Positions 14,047 through 28,419 of a stretch of 64,000 nucleotides of DNA are shown in pieces. The DNA lies in NCBI RefSeq assembly GCF_018977255.1, contig NW_024704743.1, positions 115,012,001 through 115,076,000 of the forward strand, written 5' to 3'. This DNA comes from Callorhinchus milii (Eukaryota). The stretch's first letter is position 1, and the number at the start of each line of letters is the position of its first letter. Under the pieces are notes generated by a model that was given only the letters and a program-made list of their open reading frames with translations, was not told the origin of the DNA and searched no databases. The position numbers and the translations under genes are program-made.

Positions 14047-16482
14047 GTAAGGTTCTCAAAATATATTTCTTTTTACCAAATTTACAATAATTTCAACTAA
14101 TTGACTTATGTTAAGCAGCTTTGTCTTGGAATTAATATAAATTAACATTTCCCATATTTTTCTTTTATACTAATTATTCTCTTCTATTTTTCTTTACCTG
14201 AGAAAGTTTTGAATTGGAAAAACATTCTACTTAATTACTGAGCAGATATTGCAATATTCGTTGCGTTGATTTAGCTTTGCTTATTGCTCAACCTCATAAA
14301 CATTGCTCGCACCATTGCTAGCCTGGCAGTTTAAATTTCAGCAGTTAAGGAAATGCTTTGAATCAATCACTTTTGAATAAAATTAAGACAGTTATGACGT
14401 CTGCAACTTAGTGTTTCTATAAATTAATCTTTAAATAATTTTAGAAACGATGTACAATAGGACACAATATTGTATCAGTTGTATTACCAACTTTTAAAAA
14501 CATAACTCTTATCGATAGAAAGCTATTTTGTTTAGGATCAGAATGATCAAAGATCTCTTGTGTCCCTAAAATGGAAAAAATAGCAAAGATTATTCCATAT
14601 ATAGGACTTTTTTAAAATATGGTCAATACGCTGTCAATATTTAGTGAGTATCACAAGTTATAAAAAAAGTTGAACATTATTACGTATCACAGAGGTATTG
14701 AAATAATGAAATAAAACATAGAAGAATATATCATGTTTCCTGTTGTTCTGTGTTGTACAGTATCCTCCTTCGTAAGAACAGTTCTTAGTTTATTTGACAT
14801 CCTGTAGAAATATATTTCAAACAATAAGTAAACAAAGTGACGACATTTCTTCAGCATCCATCACTAACTGTTTTTCTTTTATACAGTATTTGGATGTTGA
14901 AAATTATTTAGCAACTGCTGAGTCAAATTGACTGATATTTTCAGGAATTTCTGAGGCAAATAAATCTATGGTGTCTATCCTTAAATACTCATTAAGACTC
15001 CAACCCATGTATGTTTTTGTTAATGAAAAACTGTGATGTGCAAACTTGTGGTACTACATTTTCATTTTGAAACAGTTCAATTTCAAATTATATGATGATA
15101 TGTTTTTATTCAAAATCTCAAACATTTTAAAGTAAACTATCCTAATTATATGTGTTGAGTGCTCTGTAAGGAATGCAGTATACTCAACTTAGTCCTGTTT
15201 TAATCAACATTGCATTGATGTATGTCTTTGACCTTTTGACAGCTAGTCACTTTAGATGGTTCAGTAAGAAAATGTAAACATTAGTTTGCTCCTTACATTC
15301 AAGAATGCTTGGTTAGGTGAAGGCGAAATGGAAAAGATTAATATGTACTTAATGAAGTATGGAAAATAGAGAGTACAATTAAATAATTGATTGAATAATA
15401 GTAGTTAAAAACAGGTTTTACTTAAATACTTATTTCCTTCCTTTTAGCCCCCCATCAATAAGATTGATGAATGGCCTACTGTTTGTAGGTTACAAACGCA
15501 GTCTCAAAGGTTTTTTCTAGCAAATAAACAACATTTTCTTTTCTGTTAATGACCCAAAGGTTGGATCATTAAAGGGGAAAAGTAGACTTTCAGTCTCAGA
15601 CACAAGGATTTTTTGAGAGTTGGATCTCTGACATTTCACAACAGAGGTCTGCCGTGCTTGATTAATTCTGGTCAAGTCCCCTGAGAGGAAAAAATGAAAT
15701 GAATTTTCCTTCTAGCTTCTAAGCTCGAGCATTTTTTCCTGAAACATGGATTATTCATGCATTACTTAGAAGTAATCATTCTCCTTCCAGTACTTGTTCA
15801 GACTTTTTTGTAAAAAAAATCATGCATTAAAGAACATTTAAATGGATTTAATTCTTATTGTGCTAACATTGCTGATTTTAGCAATGGATTAATTCCACTA
15901 AAAAGACATATTGTGGCTGTTTATTACTCATTTTAAAAATCTCCATGGTTTGAGCATTTTTAAAATATGAGTAGTTAATTCCTGTTTAGGGAATAACTTA
16001 TTTTCCACATTGAACCCTATTATGTGCAATATGTCTGTCACAAAAGAGTCACATATAACCAGACGTGCATATAAGGAGGGTGACTACATTATTTGTAAAT
16101 TGGGACTTTGGGAAAACCTTTATGCAACAGGGATTTATGTCCCTCACAGACACATCACAAACAAGCTCTATAATAAATTTAAATGGAATTTTTAATGAAG
16201 TGTTAGAAAGAATGTCATTTTGCACAGTATACAGTATTTTATACTTTTAACCCGTTTACTGTTGGGCCGCAGAAGCTACTGATGGTACACTCATTCATCA
16301 GTCATCCTCTTGCTCTGCCACATACTAAACTCATCAGAGTTTGACCAGGTCACATTTATGATGAACTGCTCCAGTACACTAAGTATAGAATTTTGGTTGG
16401 CTGAAAAACAGCCTTTAACGTCAGCTTTGAGCCAATGAAAAAAAGCTTTTTTTATTGAAAGTTGCTTCCACTTCCAAAATAG

Positions 16483-16520
16483 AGTATGGCAACCAGGAGG
16501 AATAAGGAATACAAAAACAG
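16483..16520 (+). CDS. PPP1R42: Tentative small PPP1R42 exon 8
   Basis: Consensus CAG|GTAAGT donor at 16520/16521. Acceptors at 16481-16482 or 16460-16461 both give an open frame (…VWQPGGIRNTKT) bridging phase 2 to phase 1. Confidence 0.3.
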
Positions 16521-19500
16521 GTAAGTGCAATGTTTTAAGTTTCATTTTAAAGATAGAAAATAGTGACAAATGATGGAACAGTTAGGAAATGAAGGGTAAT
16601 AATAAAAAAAGAACCAGACACCGAGGTAGATGAAAAGAAGCTAAAGCAGAAAGGAAAAAAAAGGTCAAGTGAAGCAGAATTACATGCATGGCAAGTTGCA
16701 TTGCCATATTGAAATGCCTCAAAGCTATTTACAGATAAACTGTTAAGTTTAGTGTTTTTTTGTAGGCAAGCCAGGCACCAGCAAGATAATAATAACCTTA
16801 CGTTTGGTATAGCAACATCACATTGTCAAAACGTCTTAAGGAACCTTGCACAATTTTCTGTAAAATATAGTGACTAAATAAGCAGTTAATTTGTAGAATT
16901 ATTGCTTGGGATATCCTTCTCTTTTTGAATATTATCATGGCACCGTTATAGGCTTATTGAACAGGCAGACTGGGCCTTAGTTTAAAATCTCATCCAAAAG
17001 ATGGCTTCTCTGATAATGCAGTGTTTTCCCAGTCCCGCAATGGAATATCAGCCTAGACTATAAACTCAAGTGCCAATGTGGATTTGACCCTACCATCCTT
17101 TGACCTAGAGAAGTGAGCACTATCATCTGAGCCAAAATTGTTTTGTATTTATTTAAAATTGTTTTAGGGCTTATTTTTTGTAAATTTGGTGTATTCTACA
17201 AAAAAGGTACATCGTGGCATTTGAGAAGCTTTCTTACAGTAATATTTGCTTTGTTTCTCCATCAAAACATGTTACTGTTTTGAAAAGGAGTAGGGAATTC
17301 CTCTGGGGCGCTGGACAAATATTCCTCCCGCATTCAAATTTAACATAAAAAGATTAATTCGTCATTAATAGTATTGCAGTAGTATCAGCGTATTGGATTA
17401 TAATAGTAATCTTCCTGTTAGTACATTGTATTAGTAATATTGCTGTTAGCTCCTGTTTTTGCCTACATAACTGTAAATCATTATATTCCTCATATGAAGC
17501 ACTTTTAAACATTTTGACTAAAACGTCATATCACATGCATATATTATAATAGCTATTGATACCATTACATATGAACTGAAAACTATCAACTTAGTTATCC
17601 CAGAGAAACAGTACTATCCACCGATCTGTTAGAAATCCTTTTTTAAATTTAATGTGTCGGATTATTTTTTTAATTTCCCCCCCACTGATTTATACCTCTC
17701 TTCTGGCCTGGCCTCCTCTTTTCGAGGAGCGGTTTCACAATGGTTGATTGCACTCTGATATTCCGCCGAAATGGTGATTGTTCTTGTATAAACCTTGGCA
17801 GTGAGTTTCGGCAGGCCACTCAACAGGGCCACTCAACTGTAGAGCGTGTTATAACTGGGCCTGATCTCTCCCCCTCCATCTGCTACACAACCAGTAGAGC
17901 ATGCTATAGAGGGATGAGGAATATAAATAATAATATATAATGATAATCCTTGCATTTGACATAGCGCTTTTCACATCTTCTAGACCTCTCAAAGCGCTTT
18001 ACAGAATATAATGTAAAGTAAGTTGACTGTATATTTTGTGGGCGAAACACGGCAGCCAATTGTGTCCCACAAACAGTCGTGGATTAAAGTGACCAACTTA
18101 TTATTGTTTTTTTTCTTGAGAGATTATTATCAGGCTTGTGGAGTAAGGAAACTTACCCAAGGTTTCGTCCTGCCGGGAATTGAACCCAGTTCTCTTGCTT
18201 GCGTGGCGAGTGCTCTAACCACTAAGCTACAGGACTCCATAGGAATAGAAACCTTGGCTGGTTTCCCCCTCTTTAATTTAGCCTCCCCATTCAGCCCTGG
18301 TTTCCAACCTGCAAGTTCCTAGTCCATTAGCTGCTGCTCTCTCTATCTGCCACACCATCGGGGTTGGCTTTTCACCCCCTACCAGAAGAAAGAGCTACAA
18401 AGAAATCATGTAATATTTCCTATATAACTTAATAGTGTATATTGGTATCCAAGCAAATAAAATATATTTACTGAGGAAATTATGGCTGCAGAGATAAAAT
18501 AGTTTTAAGATTGACAATTAGTGGTATATTGACATTGCTTAATTGCTTGACTTATGCCTCTCTTCTGGCCTGTCCTCTTGCTGGAGAATAGTTCCATAAT
18601 TATTAGTTGCGCTTTGAAACCCCACCCAAGTGGGGACCATCAATAACGACTCTAAAGTCAGTGTCAAATTATCAATTGAATTGGAGAACACTCATGCTCG
18701 GTCTGTAATTCAGTCTGTAACAATAATAGCAGAAGAAATATGGAGTTGAAATTCCAGGAGCTGAGCTAGGTGTAAGGATCTTATTTTTGTGCTGGAGGTA
18801 TAATGATATAGTCATATTCTATGGACAGCATAGTTTACTGATTGCCAATCAGGCAATGAGAATTGCTCACCAACATATACTTTGACAAGTCAACAACCTA
18901 TACCTCATGGCTCAGACATGAACAATGGCTGGCCACATGTGTGGGATACCAAGGAACTGCACCCCAACAAGAGGAGGCTTGCAACTAAGCAACACGGAGA
19001 GACCATGGCAAGGCCAGCTGGTGAAATGAAAAATTGAGCAGAGCTAGAAATGCCCACATTATATTGTCATGTTCAAATGCAATTATGGGGCCCTCCCCTC
19101 ACTCAAGTCATTCCCACAGTGGCATGTGGAGATTGGTAAGTATGTGTAGAGGATCATGGGCATAAATCCACCATTCCAATAATAATCCCTCCAAAACCAA
19201 AAACAATAATAAATTGGTCATTTTCAATCTGCAACTGTTTGTGGGACATTGCTGTGCGCAATTAGCTGCCGCGTTCGCCCACAAATATACAGTCAATTCA
19301 CTTTACAGTGTGTTCTGTGAAGCGCTTTGCGACGTCCTCCCGACATGAAAAGCGCTATATCAAATGCAAGGATTATTATTATTATTTGTGCATCAGTGCT
19401 CCTGTGCTCTGCCACTCTTTTTTTNGTAGATTCCTATAACTTCTTATTTTAGTTTATCAAACTTCCTTTCCTCCCAAAAGGTAACTGGCTTTTGATGTCT

Positions 19501-20974
19501 TGCTGAAGACAGAACTGCATTGTGCAGATCTTTTCTTGCATTGACTTTAAAAACCTCAAATGACCCATTGGACCCAGATAAGACCTACTTTAAGTGGGTC
19601 TTATCTGAGTACATTTGCTCTTTGTGTTTCAATTGCAAACAAGTGGAAAGTAGGCTAGCCTGGTGTCCCACCCCATGCTAGCTGGCCCATGGCTTGCCCT
19701 GAGCCCAAAGCAAGCTTTTTTGTGGCTTCAGTAACAGAAAAGGGGAAGATTATGATTTTACTGCAAAGATTGTTTGCAGACAAACACAAGAGAAAGTTGA
19801 GCCATAATATTATCAGTTTACTTAAGTGTTATAATCTGGAAAAAATATTTCAACATGAAAGTGAATTCTTTATTTAACAATTTGTCATAATTACTAACCA
19901 ATATATTTAAATATACATTGATTGCCAAGTAGTAACAAACAAGCTGATATTTGTATGAAACTTGGCAATAACAGATCATAATAAACAGTTAAACAGGATT
20001 TAAACAATGCAAAGTGGTCTGGAAGAAATGGAAGAGCTAATTAGCCTTAATTCAGTAGTATCAGTGAACCATGCTGTTTGCTTTCTTGCATGTCCACCCT
20101 ATCAGGAGCCAAGCGAAAAAGACCACATTACATTTGATGAGATGTTTGACAATAGTCTTTTGCTGCATTTGATCCATAACTAATGCTTCTAAGCAAAGTG
20201 AGATAAGTAACTTGGGTCTATGTCTAGCAAAGAATGCTAAGATTAGAACAAAACGGAGAACAGCCTCTTTTTCCAGCTTATGTTTTGGAGGTGCATGTTC
20301 TTTTAGCTGTACTTAAAACAAGCAGTGGCATTGCCACAGGGAAATATGCAATCCTATTCCCTACTGTCTGATAAATGTTTGTGGGAGGTGAGGCCCGAAA
20401 GGGAATAAAGTGGGAGATTTATATTTTTTATAAAGAAAACTCATAACCAGTGAAATTTCATTTGTAGAAATATGGTAAAGATTTTAGTTTTTTTTAAGGT
20501 GGTAATCTGTATTTTGAAAGGAACAAACTATTTTGAAAGCATACAAACTATCTCAAAGTTGCAAAGTGATTATTTCATGTCAAAATTGTTTTAAATACTC
20601 AGTGCTCTTATGTAATGTGATACTTACGAAATATGACAAAATTGCAGAGAAGCCTGTTCATTTTCTGTTGGGATTAAATACCATACTTTGATGCTTACAC
20701 GGTATTTTATGAGCAATTCTATTCTACTAGTTATTAGGAGCAATTATTAGTTTGTTAAATTAGCCAAATGTTTTCTTCTCACAATTATCCTTCTCATGTA
20801 CTTATGTATTTCTGCAAAGCATTTAGGTACCATACAAGAGGCATCTTGCAAAAATGAAGGCACATATAATAATAATCCTTGCATTTGATACAGAGCCTCA
20901 TCACATCTTCGAGATTTTCAAAGGCTTTCACAGAATACACTGTAAAGTGAATTGACTGTATATTTTGTGAAAAT

Positions 20975-21410
20975 ATATCAAGGTATTAAGAGGAATGTTG
21001 CAGCATCAGTAGAGGAGGGATATCTGTTGAACTAGCAGGATATAGTGAGCAATGTACCTCAGAGATCTGTGCTAAGGCTTCTTTAATTTTCTGTAGATAT
21101 ATTAATGTTTTGGACTTAAGCACAGCAGTTCAAACATGTCTAAATTTGCTAATCTTACCAAATTAGTGGGAATGGTAAATTAGGAGGAATGCACAAGACT
21201 ACAGAAGGACATAGAGATAATAATAAAAATCCTTGCATTTGATATAGTGCATTTGGGAGGAAGAACACAGAAAAAACCACTCCAAATGGTAATATACTTG
21301 ATGGAATGGAGTAGAGGGAACTCAGTACAAATGCATAAGTATTTAAAGGTGGGAAATGCTGCACAGTTACAGTTTCTTGCATCAAATTAGCAACATATTG
21401 AATCATTTAT
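20975..21410 (+). mobile_element. Old CR1-like LINE RT remnant
   Basis: Decayed VPQ.SVL, YIN.LD and SKFA..TKL motifs (gtacctcagagatctgtgcta; tctaaatttgctaatcttaccaaatta). Confidence 0.6.
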
Positions 21411-21452
21411 TACACAATTCAATTGCTTCAAAATGTTCATGTCCTCTAAAAT

Positions 21453-22002
21453 AAACTATCTTTCTGATGGACTAAATGTAATGCAGGAACGTGGGTATTC
21501 AGCCTGGATACAGATGAACCCCGATTTTGAACTCTAAACAAAACAACTCCCAATTAAAGGTGGTAATCTGTATTTTGAAAGGAACAAACTATTTTGAAAG
21601 CATTCAAACTATCTCAAAGTTGCAAAGTGATTATTTCATGTCAAAATTGTTTTAAATACTCAGTGCTCTTGTGCAATGTGATACTTACGAAATATGACAA
21701 AATTGCAGAGAAGCAATTTGCTTTTGATAATAAAGCCTTCTGCAGTGTTTAATCAAATTAGTTCACGTTCAACATTAAGAATATTGCTATCACAAACAGA
21801 GAAAACAATTTTGACATGAAATAATCACTTTGCAACTTTGAGATAGTTTGTATGCTTTCAAAATAGTTTGTTCCTTTCAAAATACAGATTACCACCTTTT
21901 ATTGGGAGTTGTTTTGTTTAGACTTCAAAATCGGGGTTCATCTGTATCCAGGCTGAATACCCACGTTCCTGCATTACATTTAGCCCATCAGAAAGATAGT
22001 TT
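21453..22002. repeat. 201-bp inverted repeat with 148-bp spacer
   Basis: 21453-21653 is the near-perfect reverse complement of 21802-22002. Confidence 0.95.
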
Positions 22003-23719
22003 CCTTTAACTATTAACATGCTGCTACTTAAATAGATTAAGCTTGACCAAGGTTATTAATAATAGAACTATACTGTCCAATTGAAAAGATGAATTGATTG
22101 AAGTACAGTACAGGAGATGTACTGAGGACCATGAGGGTTTTTTCCTTGACATGGATTATTTATGAGCAGTCTTTCCAATGTGTACATATGACAAGCTCTG
22201 TATATTTATAATGTAACACAAAACTTATTTCTTCATATTAATCATTGTTAGAAAGCCTATTGGAAATATTTAAATAAAAATATTTTTTATTATTGAAAGT
22301 AAGACAATCTAAGGTTTCAAAACGTATAAAACTGATATAAACAGTTTTGTATTTATTTATATATCTGATAGTGTCAGTAACTACTTGTAGTTATTGTTCA
22401 TCTGGTGCAAGTTTTAGTTGTCAGGCTGACTCATTCGGTAGTATTTTGCTCTGACTGTGTGCAAATATATAGTCACTGCACTTAGAAAAACTCTGGAGTT
22501 TTTTCATGTTTTAATGTAATGAAATGCAAATATGTAAGAATTATTAGCATTTTTAAGTTCCATTGGTTGTTTGGGTGACGATTAGAAATGTATTACCTGA
22601 TTTTTTACCACTATTTTTTTTAAAGCACAAGTCTCCTACAATAACAAACAGTAACATTACCTGATATCCACTACAGTACAAGTTAATCCTAAAACTGTTT
22701 GTGATAGCAATATTCTTAATGTTGAACGTGAACTAATTTGATTAAACACTGCAGAAGACTTTATTATCAAAAGCAACATGCTATGCATTAATATTTTTGA
22801 AACAAAATGGATCAATCACAGTTTTCAAGAATAATTTACTGGTCAGAATCATGAGGTATCTAGTCAGCTCATTACTGACTATAACTTCTTTAATAAGAAT
22901 AGGAAACACATGTTGGCTCAAAGAATGCTACAAATCTGTAACACATTTAGGTGATCTCACAAACTACACCAGTAAAACTTGAGAGTTTATAAAGTCTTTC
23001 GATCCTCAAGATTGTACTATTCTTTTGAAACAATGCTTACAAAGATCAAAGCCAGTTTGCTCTTTTTATATAAGTAATATGGCCATCCCAGGACAGTGGG
23101 AGAGTGCTTGGGGGGATCTGTATGTTATATAGTTTTTTCCACGAGTATGAAAGTCCTGATAACTCATTAACTCACTGTGACAAAAAGTTAATTTCATGAC
23201 CAAAGTTTATTTTATTTCTTTTCCCACTTTAGTGTTCCTCCACTTTTTATGTAATTCACAACATTCCCTACCTAAGTATGCAGGTGACCTTCTGGATCTC
23301 TGTCAATGCTATAATAATAATAATAATAATAATAATCCTTGCATTTGATATCGCGTCTTATCACGTCTTCAAGGCGTCTGAAAGCGCTTCATAGAATAAC
23401 TTTATGTAATTCATAAGCCAGCCATTAGATGGTGTGGAAGAGTGTACTAGGTTTGCTCTGATGATCTGTTCAAAACTCAGTTCTGTTCAAGGGTTTATCA
23501 GAAATGTTAACTTGCTTGCCTTTGTTTCAGATGTTGATTGATTTGCTAATCATTTTAGCATTTTTGTTGTTTCAGATTTCGGAATTTGCATTGTTTTTCT
23601 TTTCTAAGATAGATTTGCATTTTTGATGAGTTTGCATTCTTCTGTTAGTTATTAATTCCTGATCGTTTAGCCAAGATTCAGGAATAGCTTTGACATGTCA
23701 AATAGAGATCACTTCCCAA

Positions 23720-25035
23720 AACAACAGCAATAACTTGTATTTATATAGCACCCTCCACGCTGGGCGGCGTCTCAGAGCGCTTAAAGGGACCTGCAAACAT
23801 CCAGACAGAGAAAAGAGGTTATAGTACGTAGTAGAAAACTGGTGAACATAAAGAACATAAGAAAATGTGAAACAAGAAGTCATTTGGCACTAAATTTTGC
23901 CTCCTATAAACAATGTAAAAACAACAACAAATTATATTTGTCTAGCGCCTTTCACGTCGGGGTGACAGTCATGTATTTGGACCCAAACAGGGGATTTGTA
24001 TCAGGGAGGGGGGAGGGTGGCCGAAGGCTCGGTCGAAGAGAAGGGTCTTGAGACGTGCCTTGAAGGAGGCGAGGGAGGGAGCGAGGCGAAGGGATTGTGG
24101 GATGGAGTTCCAAAGGGTGCAGGCAGAGAGGTTGAAGGCCCGACTGCCGATGATGGGGCGGGGGACGTGGAGGTGGGGAAAGACAGAGCAGGTCATGGCA
24201 CAGATGTGGGGGAGAAAAGACAGTTGAGGGTCAAACAAGATGCTAAGGTTCTAGACTGGCTCAGTGAGATGGAGTATGAACCCTGGATGGTGATGCTGTC
24301 AGCGCCTGAGGTGTGGAGGCGCTGATGGGAGCCTCGGTCTTATTGACGTTCAACTGAAGAAAGTTAGCTCTCATCCAGGACTTGATGTCTGACAGACATT
24401 CTGTGAGAACAGTGGTCCTTGATTCGAGTATGGAAGCAGAAAGATAGAATTGGATGTCATCCGCATAACAACATCAATTTGCATTTATATGGCACCCTCC
24501 ACTCCAGGCAGTGTCTCAGAGCATTTATCAATGGTGGAGCCCAAGGCCAAGCTAGTGGGAGGGGAAAGGTGACAGTAGGCATGGTCGAAAAGGAAGGTCT
24601 TCAAGCACAACCTGAAGATGGGGAAGGAGGGGGCGAGGCGAAGGGGTTTCGGGGCATAGTGGCTGAAGGCATGGCCGCCGATGGTGGAGAGGAGGATTTG
24701 GGGACGCAGAGGAGACCTGACCCAGTAGAGCGGAGGCAGCGGTACTGCTGTGGGGAGAGAGGAGGTTAGAGTGATGGGGGGGTGACAAGGAATGGAGGGA
24801 TTTAAACACTAGTGAAGATCTTGAAGTCGATCTGCTCTGTGACAGGGAGCCAGTGGAGTTTGGCAAGGACTGGAGTAATCGGGGTACGAAGTTTGGTGTG
24901 GGTGAGAATGTGGGCGGCGAAGTTTTGAATGAGCTGGATGAGCATATGTGTGGAGGTTGACCCCATGCCTGCGAATGGTGTCACCAAGAGGGAGCATGTA
25001 GATGTTGAACAGGAGAGGTCCGAGGACAGAGTCCA
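23720..25035 (-). mobile_element. Cluster of internally deleted L2 LINE 3' fragments
   Basis: Minus-strand [38 protein letters not shown] and LWNSIPQSLRLAPSLASFKARLKTLLF; several (AAC)n tails. Confidence 0.85.
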
Positions 25036-25503
25036 AAATATTTCTCCTTGGCTCTCACAATGCAAAGGATGAAGTACTCCAAAAACAAGTTGAAAGATGT
25101 TGAATGTGAAAGGCAATATATCAAGGTTGATTAGTGAAGATATGGAAGTGGATCAGGCAATTCTAGAGTCTTCCTTGATTATTGTTGAGGTCTTAATGCT
25201 TTATGTACTTTAAACTAAGAGCATGAATCTATTCTTACAACCCTGATCATAGTTGTCATTATTTTATACTGTACTCAACAACACTTAGAACTGTTTAGAT
25301 CCATAGAATATCTGATATCTCTCCCTATACTTTTAACTTTCAATACGCTTCTTGATCAGATATTTATCATCTTTTTTAAAGATGCTTTTCCACATATTGT
25401 TAACTGGTTTTGTTGGGAGTCTCTTCCACTAATTCATACTACTGTAGTCTGTGGGGAAAACATTTGCATATTTCTAAATTTTGTCTTCCTTTTCTTATCA
25501 CAG

Positions 25504-25580
25504 AAATTCCTTTAGAAAGACACCTGCCACCATTCTGCAAATCCAGGACGCCCCTCATCCTTAGTTCCAACCTCGCTTGA
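25504..25580 (+). CDS. PPP1R42: Tentative terminal PPP1R42 exon
   Basis: Strong acceptor (ttgtcttccttttcttatcacag); phase-1 reading (E)IPLERHLPPFCKSRTPLILSSNLA*; AATAAA at about 25762. No homology support. Confidence 0.3.
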
Positions 25581-27107
25581 TACTGTGAACTGTGTTACTG
25601 AGGACAAACAACGGGCCTATTACCACCCTCCAGACACTCTACACTACTGGAAAAAGATAACCATATTCCACTTTACTTCGAAAGCATATGAATGTCATTA
25701 TTTATTCCTTGTGTTATTTTGCAAACTTTTGGAATACCCTTGAAGTATTTGTTATTCTTGAAATAAAGAAGACAATGACATCTTAATGTTGGTTACATTT
25801 CTGTACATCAATACATTTTTAACATATACCACTGAATGTTTTATTTTCGCATAGAATTGTATTTTGAAATTTGTTTTCAGTTGCATCTTTGAAAGAAGGT
25901 TAAGTATAGATCGGCTTCTATTTCTTGTGTTGTAGGATAATTTTGATTTATTTTGGAGGAAGAGAATTCTAGAGATGTAGTTCCCTTATATTTCCTGGGT
26001 GGCCTTTTTGGAGACTCTTTTGTTAAAGGTAAGGTATTGAGCTAATGTGGGTGTAGTGTTGTTTCTACTGCTTGTCATTGTTTAATTAGGGAAACAATTA
26101 GGAAAATAAATATAGCGACTTACTGCTTTCAATGTTAATGTTACTTTGTGATGCATATGAATCAATCTTCCATTCAGTTTTCCTTCTTCTTTTTAACCTC
26201 TTTTGGGTATGGGACCTAATAAAAGACCGAGATTGTTTGCTTTAGTTCTACAATAACAACTCAAAATTATAAACAATGAAAATGCATAAATCTAGAAACT
26301 CCCATAAATTAATTATGTTAAATTCAGAAACTAAATACAGGTACATTAATGGACCAATTTCCCTTTTTATGTTGTATGGCCGTAAAGGTAAAAGAAAATG
26401 GTTAATCACAAGATCACCAGGGAGATTTGGATGAAGTTCCCTTCAAGTTTCCTTTCTCCACACATACGTCTCTGTTTACCAAGCAATAAATAGGAACCTG
26501 GTTGTTAGTCGATTGACGGATTGCTTTTGCAGGGATATTAACCCCTTCCCTAACATTTTTAAAAACAATTAATCCACAATTGTTTGTGGGACACTGCTGT
26601 GCACAAATAGCCCCCACCTTTCGCCCACAAAATATACAGTCACTCCACTTTACAGTATATTCTGTGAAGTGCTTTGAGCTGCCTCGAAGATGTGAAAAGG
26701 CACTATGTCAATTGCAAAGATTATTATTAATACTACTTGTTTGTTTCCCTTCAGTCAGTTCCTAATGCTTGTTATCAGATTGTATGATATTTTGTGAAAT
26801 GCTGTTTGAAAATCTTGGTATATTATTTCATGTGGGTTTCACTGTCAATTTGGGATGTCAGATCAAAAATGCTTAAGATTACTCAGACTCAGATTACTTC
26901 AATGTGATAACTATTGAATTTATTGCTAAATTGATCCTAATTAATATTCAAGAAAGTATTGTTTTAAAAGATTAATATTGACAACACAAACATGTTGACA
27001 TACATTATTGCAACTTTTTTGCATTATTTGCTTGTGTGCTTACTTCAACTTGTGTAGCAGACTTCCCATCTTACCATTGCACTAACTGTCTATTTATTAT
27101 TATTATT

Positions 27108-27438
27108 TGTGGAGTCCTGTAGCTCAGTGGTTAGAGCACTCACTTTGCAAGCGAGAGACCTGAGTTCAATTCCAGGCACAGGGCGAAACCTTGGGCAAGT
27201 TTCCTTACTCCACACAGAGCCTAATAATAATCCCTCCAAAACCAAAAATAATAATAAATTGGTCATTTTCAATCTACAACTGTTTGTGGGACATTGCTGT
27301 GCGCAATTGGCTGCCGCGTTCGCCCACAAATATACAGTCAATTCACTTTACAGTGTGTTCTGTGAAGCGCTTTGGGACATCCTCCCGACGTGAAAAGCGC
27401 TATATCAAATGCAAGGATTATTATTATTATTATTATTA
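27108..27438 (+). mobile_element. Full-length young tRNA-derived SINE (short subfamily)
   Basis: As 13269-13592. Further copies or fragments at 17940-18240(-), 19178-19386(+), 31654-31740(-), 32750-32860(+), 35669-35845(-) and 45025-45270(-). Confidence 0.9.
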
Positions 27439-28419
27439 CAAGCTATTGGTTTAACCAACTTGTAATGTGCTAATCAGATTGAACCAACAACGAATTGTAG
27501 GTGCAAATCACCAGAATTTTGACAAATCTGCAACAAATTTTAGCAACAGAAAATGTTCCCTTCCCTTCCTCAATTAACTCAACATTTCAAAGAAAATATC
27601 ACAATTTCAAGATGGTTGCCAGCCTGGTTCAGATGGTATCATTCTTGCCTCTGAGTCAGAAGATTGTGGGTTCAAGCCCCATGTTATGACTAAGAACCCA
27701 CAGTGTACCGTGAATGTTCGGAGGTGCTTCATTGTCAGAGGTGCCATGCTTTGAAAGAGAAGTTAAGCTGTCTACCTGTGCAGGTGGAAATTAAAGATCC
27801 CACAGCAATGCTCTAAAAAAAAAGGAGCTTCTTTCACATAAGATTGGCCATTCAGTTCATGGCTGTTTGTAGGTCATTGTGGGGACAAATTAGCTGTTGG
27901 ATTCACATACAAACTACACAATCGCTATACTTTACAGTAAAATCCTGTGAGGCATTTTGAGACATCTCGACAATGATCACAGGCTCTATGTTAAATGCAA
28001 TGATTGTCATTCACAGTTGAATTCACAGTATGTTTTTCTAAGCTTGATGTAATGTGACTAATAGAAATGAGGTCTGGGTTAACGAGAAAAAAGTAAACAA
28101 GATCGCGAGATCATACTGGGGTAACTGGCCAAATCAGTTGAATTCAGTTCCCCAGAAGTCATGCTTAAGCTATCCAATGCTCTGATTAAATCACATTTGA
28201 AATACTGTACGGCACACAATCTTGTTGCCAAACCAGAAAGACAACGATGCTTGCAGTATAAAAGCTCCTCAGTAAAGAGGAGAACAAGGCTGATCCCAGG
28301 TAAGATTTGCAGAACAACAAGACAAGGTAGAGCTATCAATAATATTAATAATTTGGTGTAGCGCCTTTCACGGTGGGTGAACATCCCAAAGCGTTTCACA
28401 GGATACACTGTAAAATGCA

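Noticed and set aside
19425..19425. Single N base
   Set aside because: Assembly ambiguity or contig join, not biology; adjacency across it should be treated with caution.
23478..23600. Hammerhead ribozyme in Penelope-like terminus (also about 51478-51515 minus)
   Set aside because: The catalytic core CTGANGA...GAAA is mutated in both copies (CTGTTCA; ATGACAA), so they are at most dead relics.
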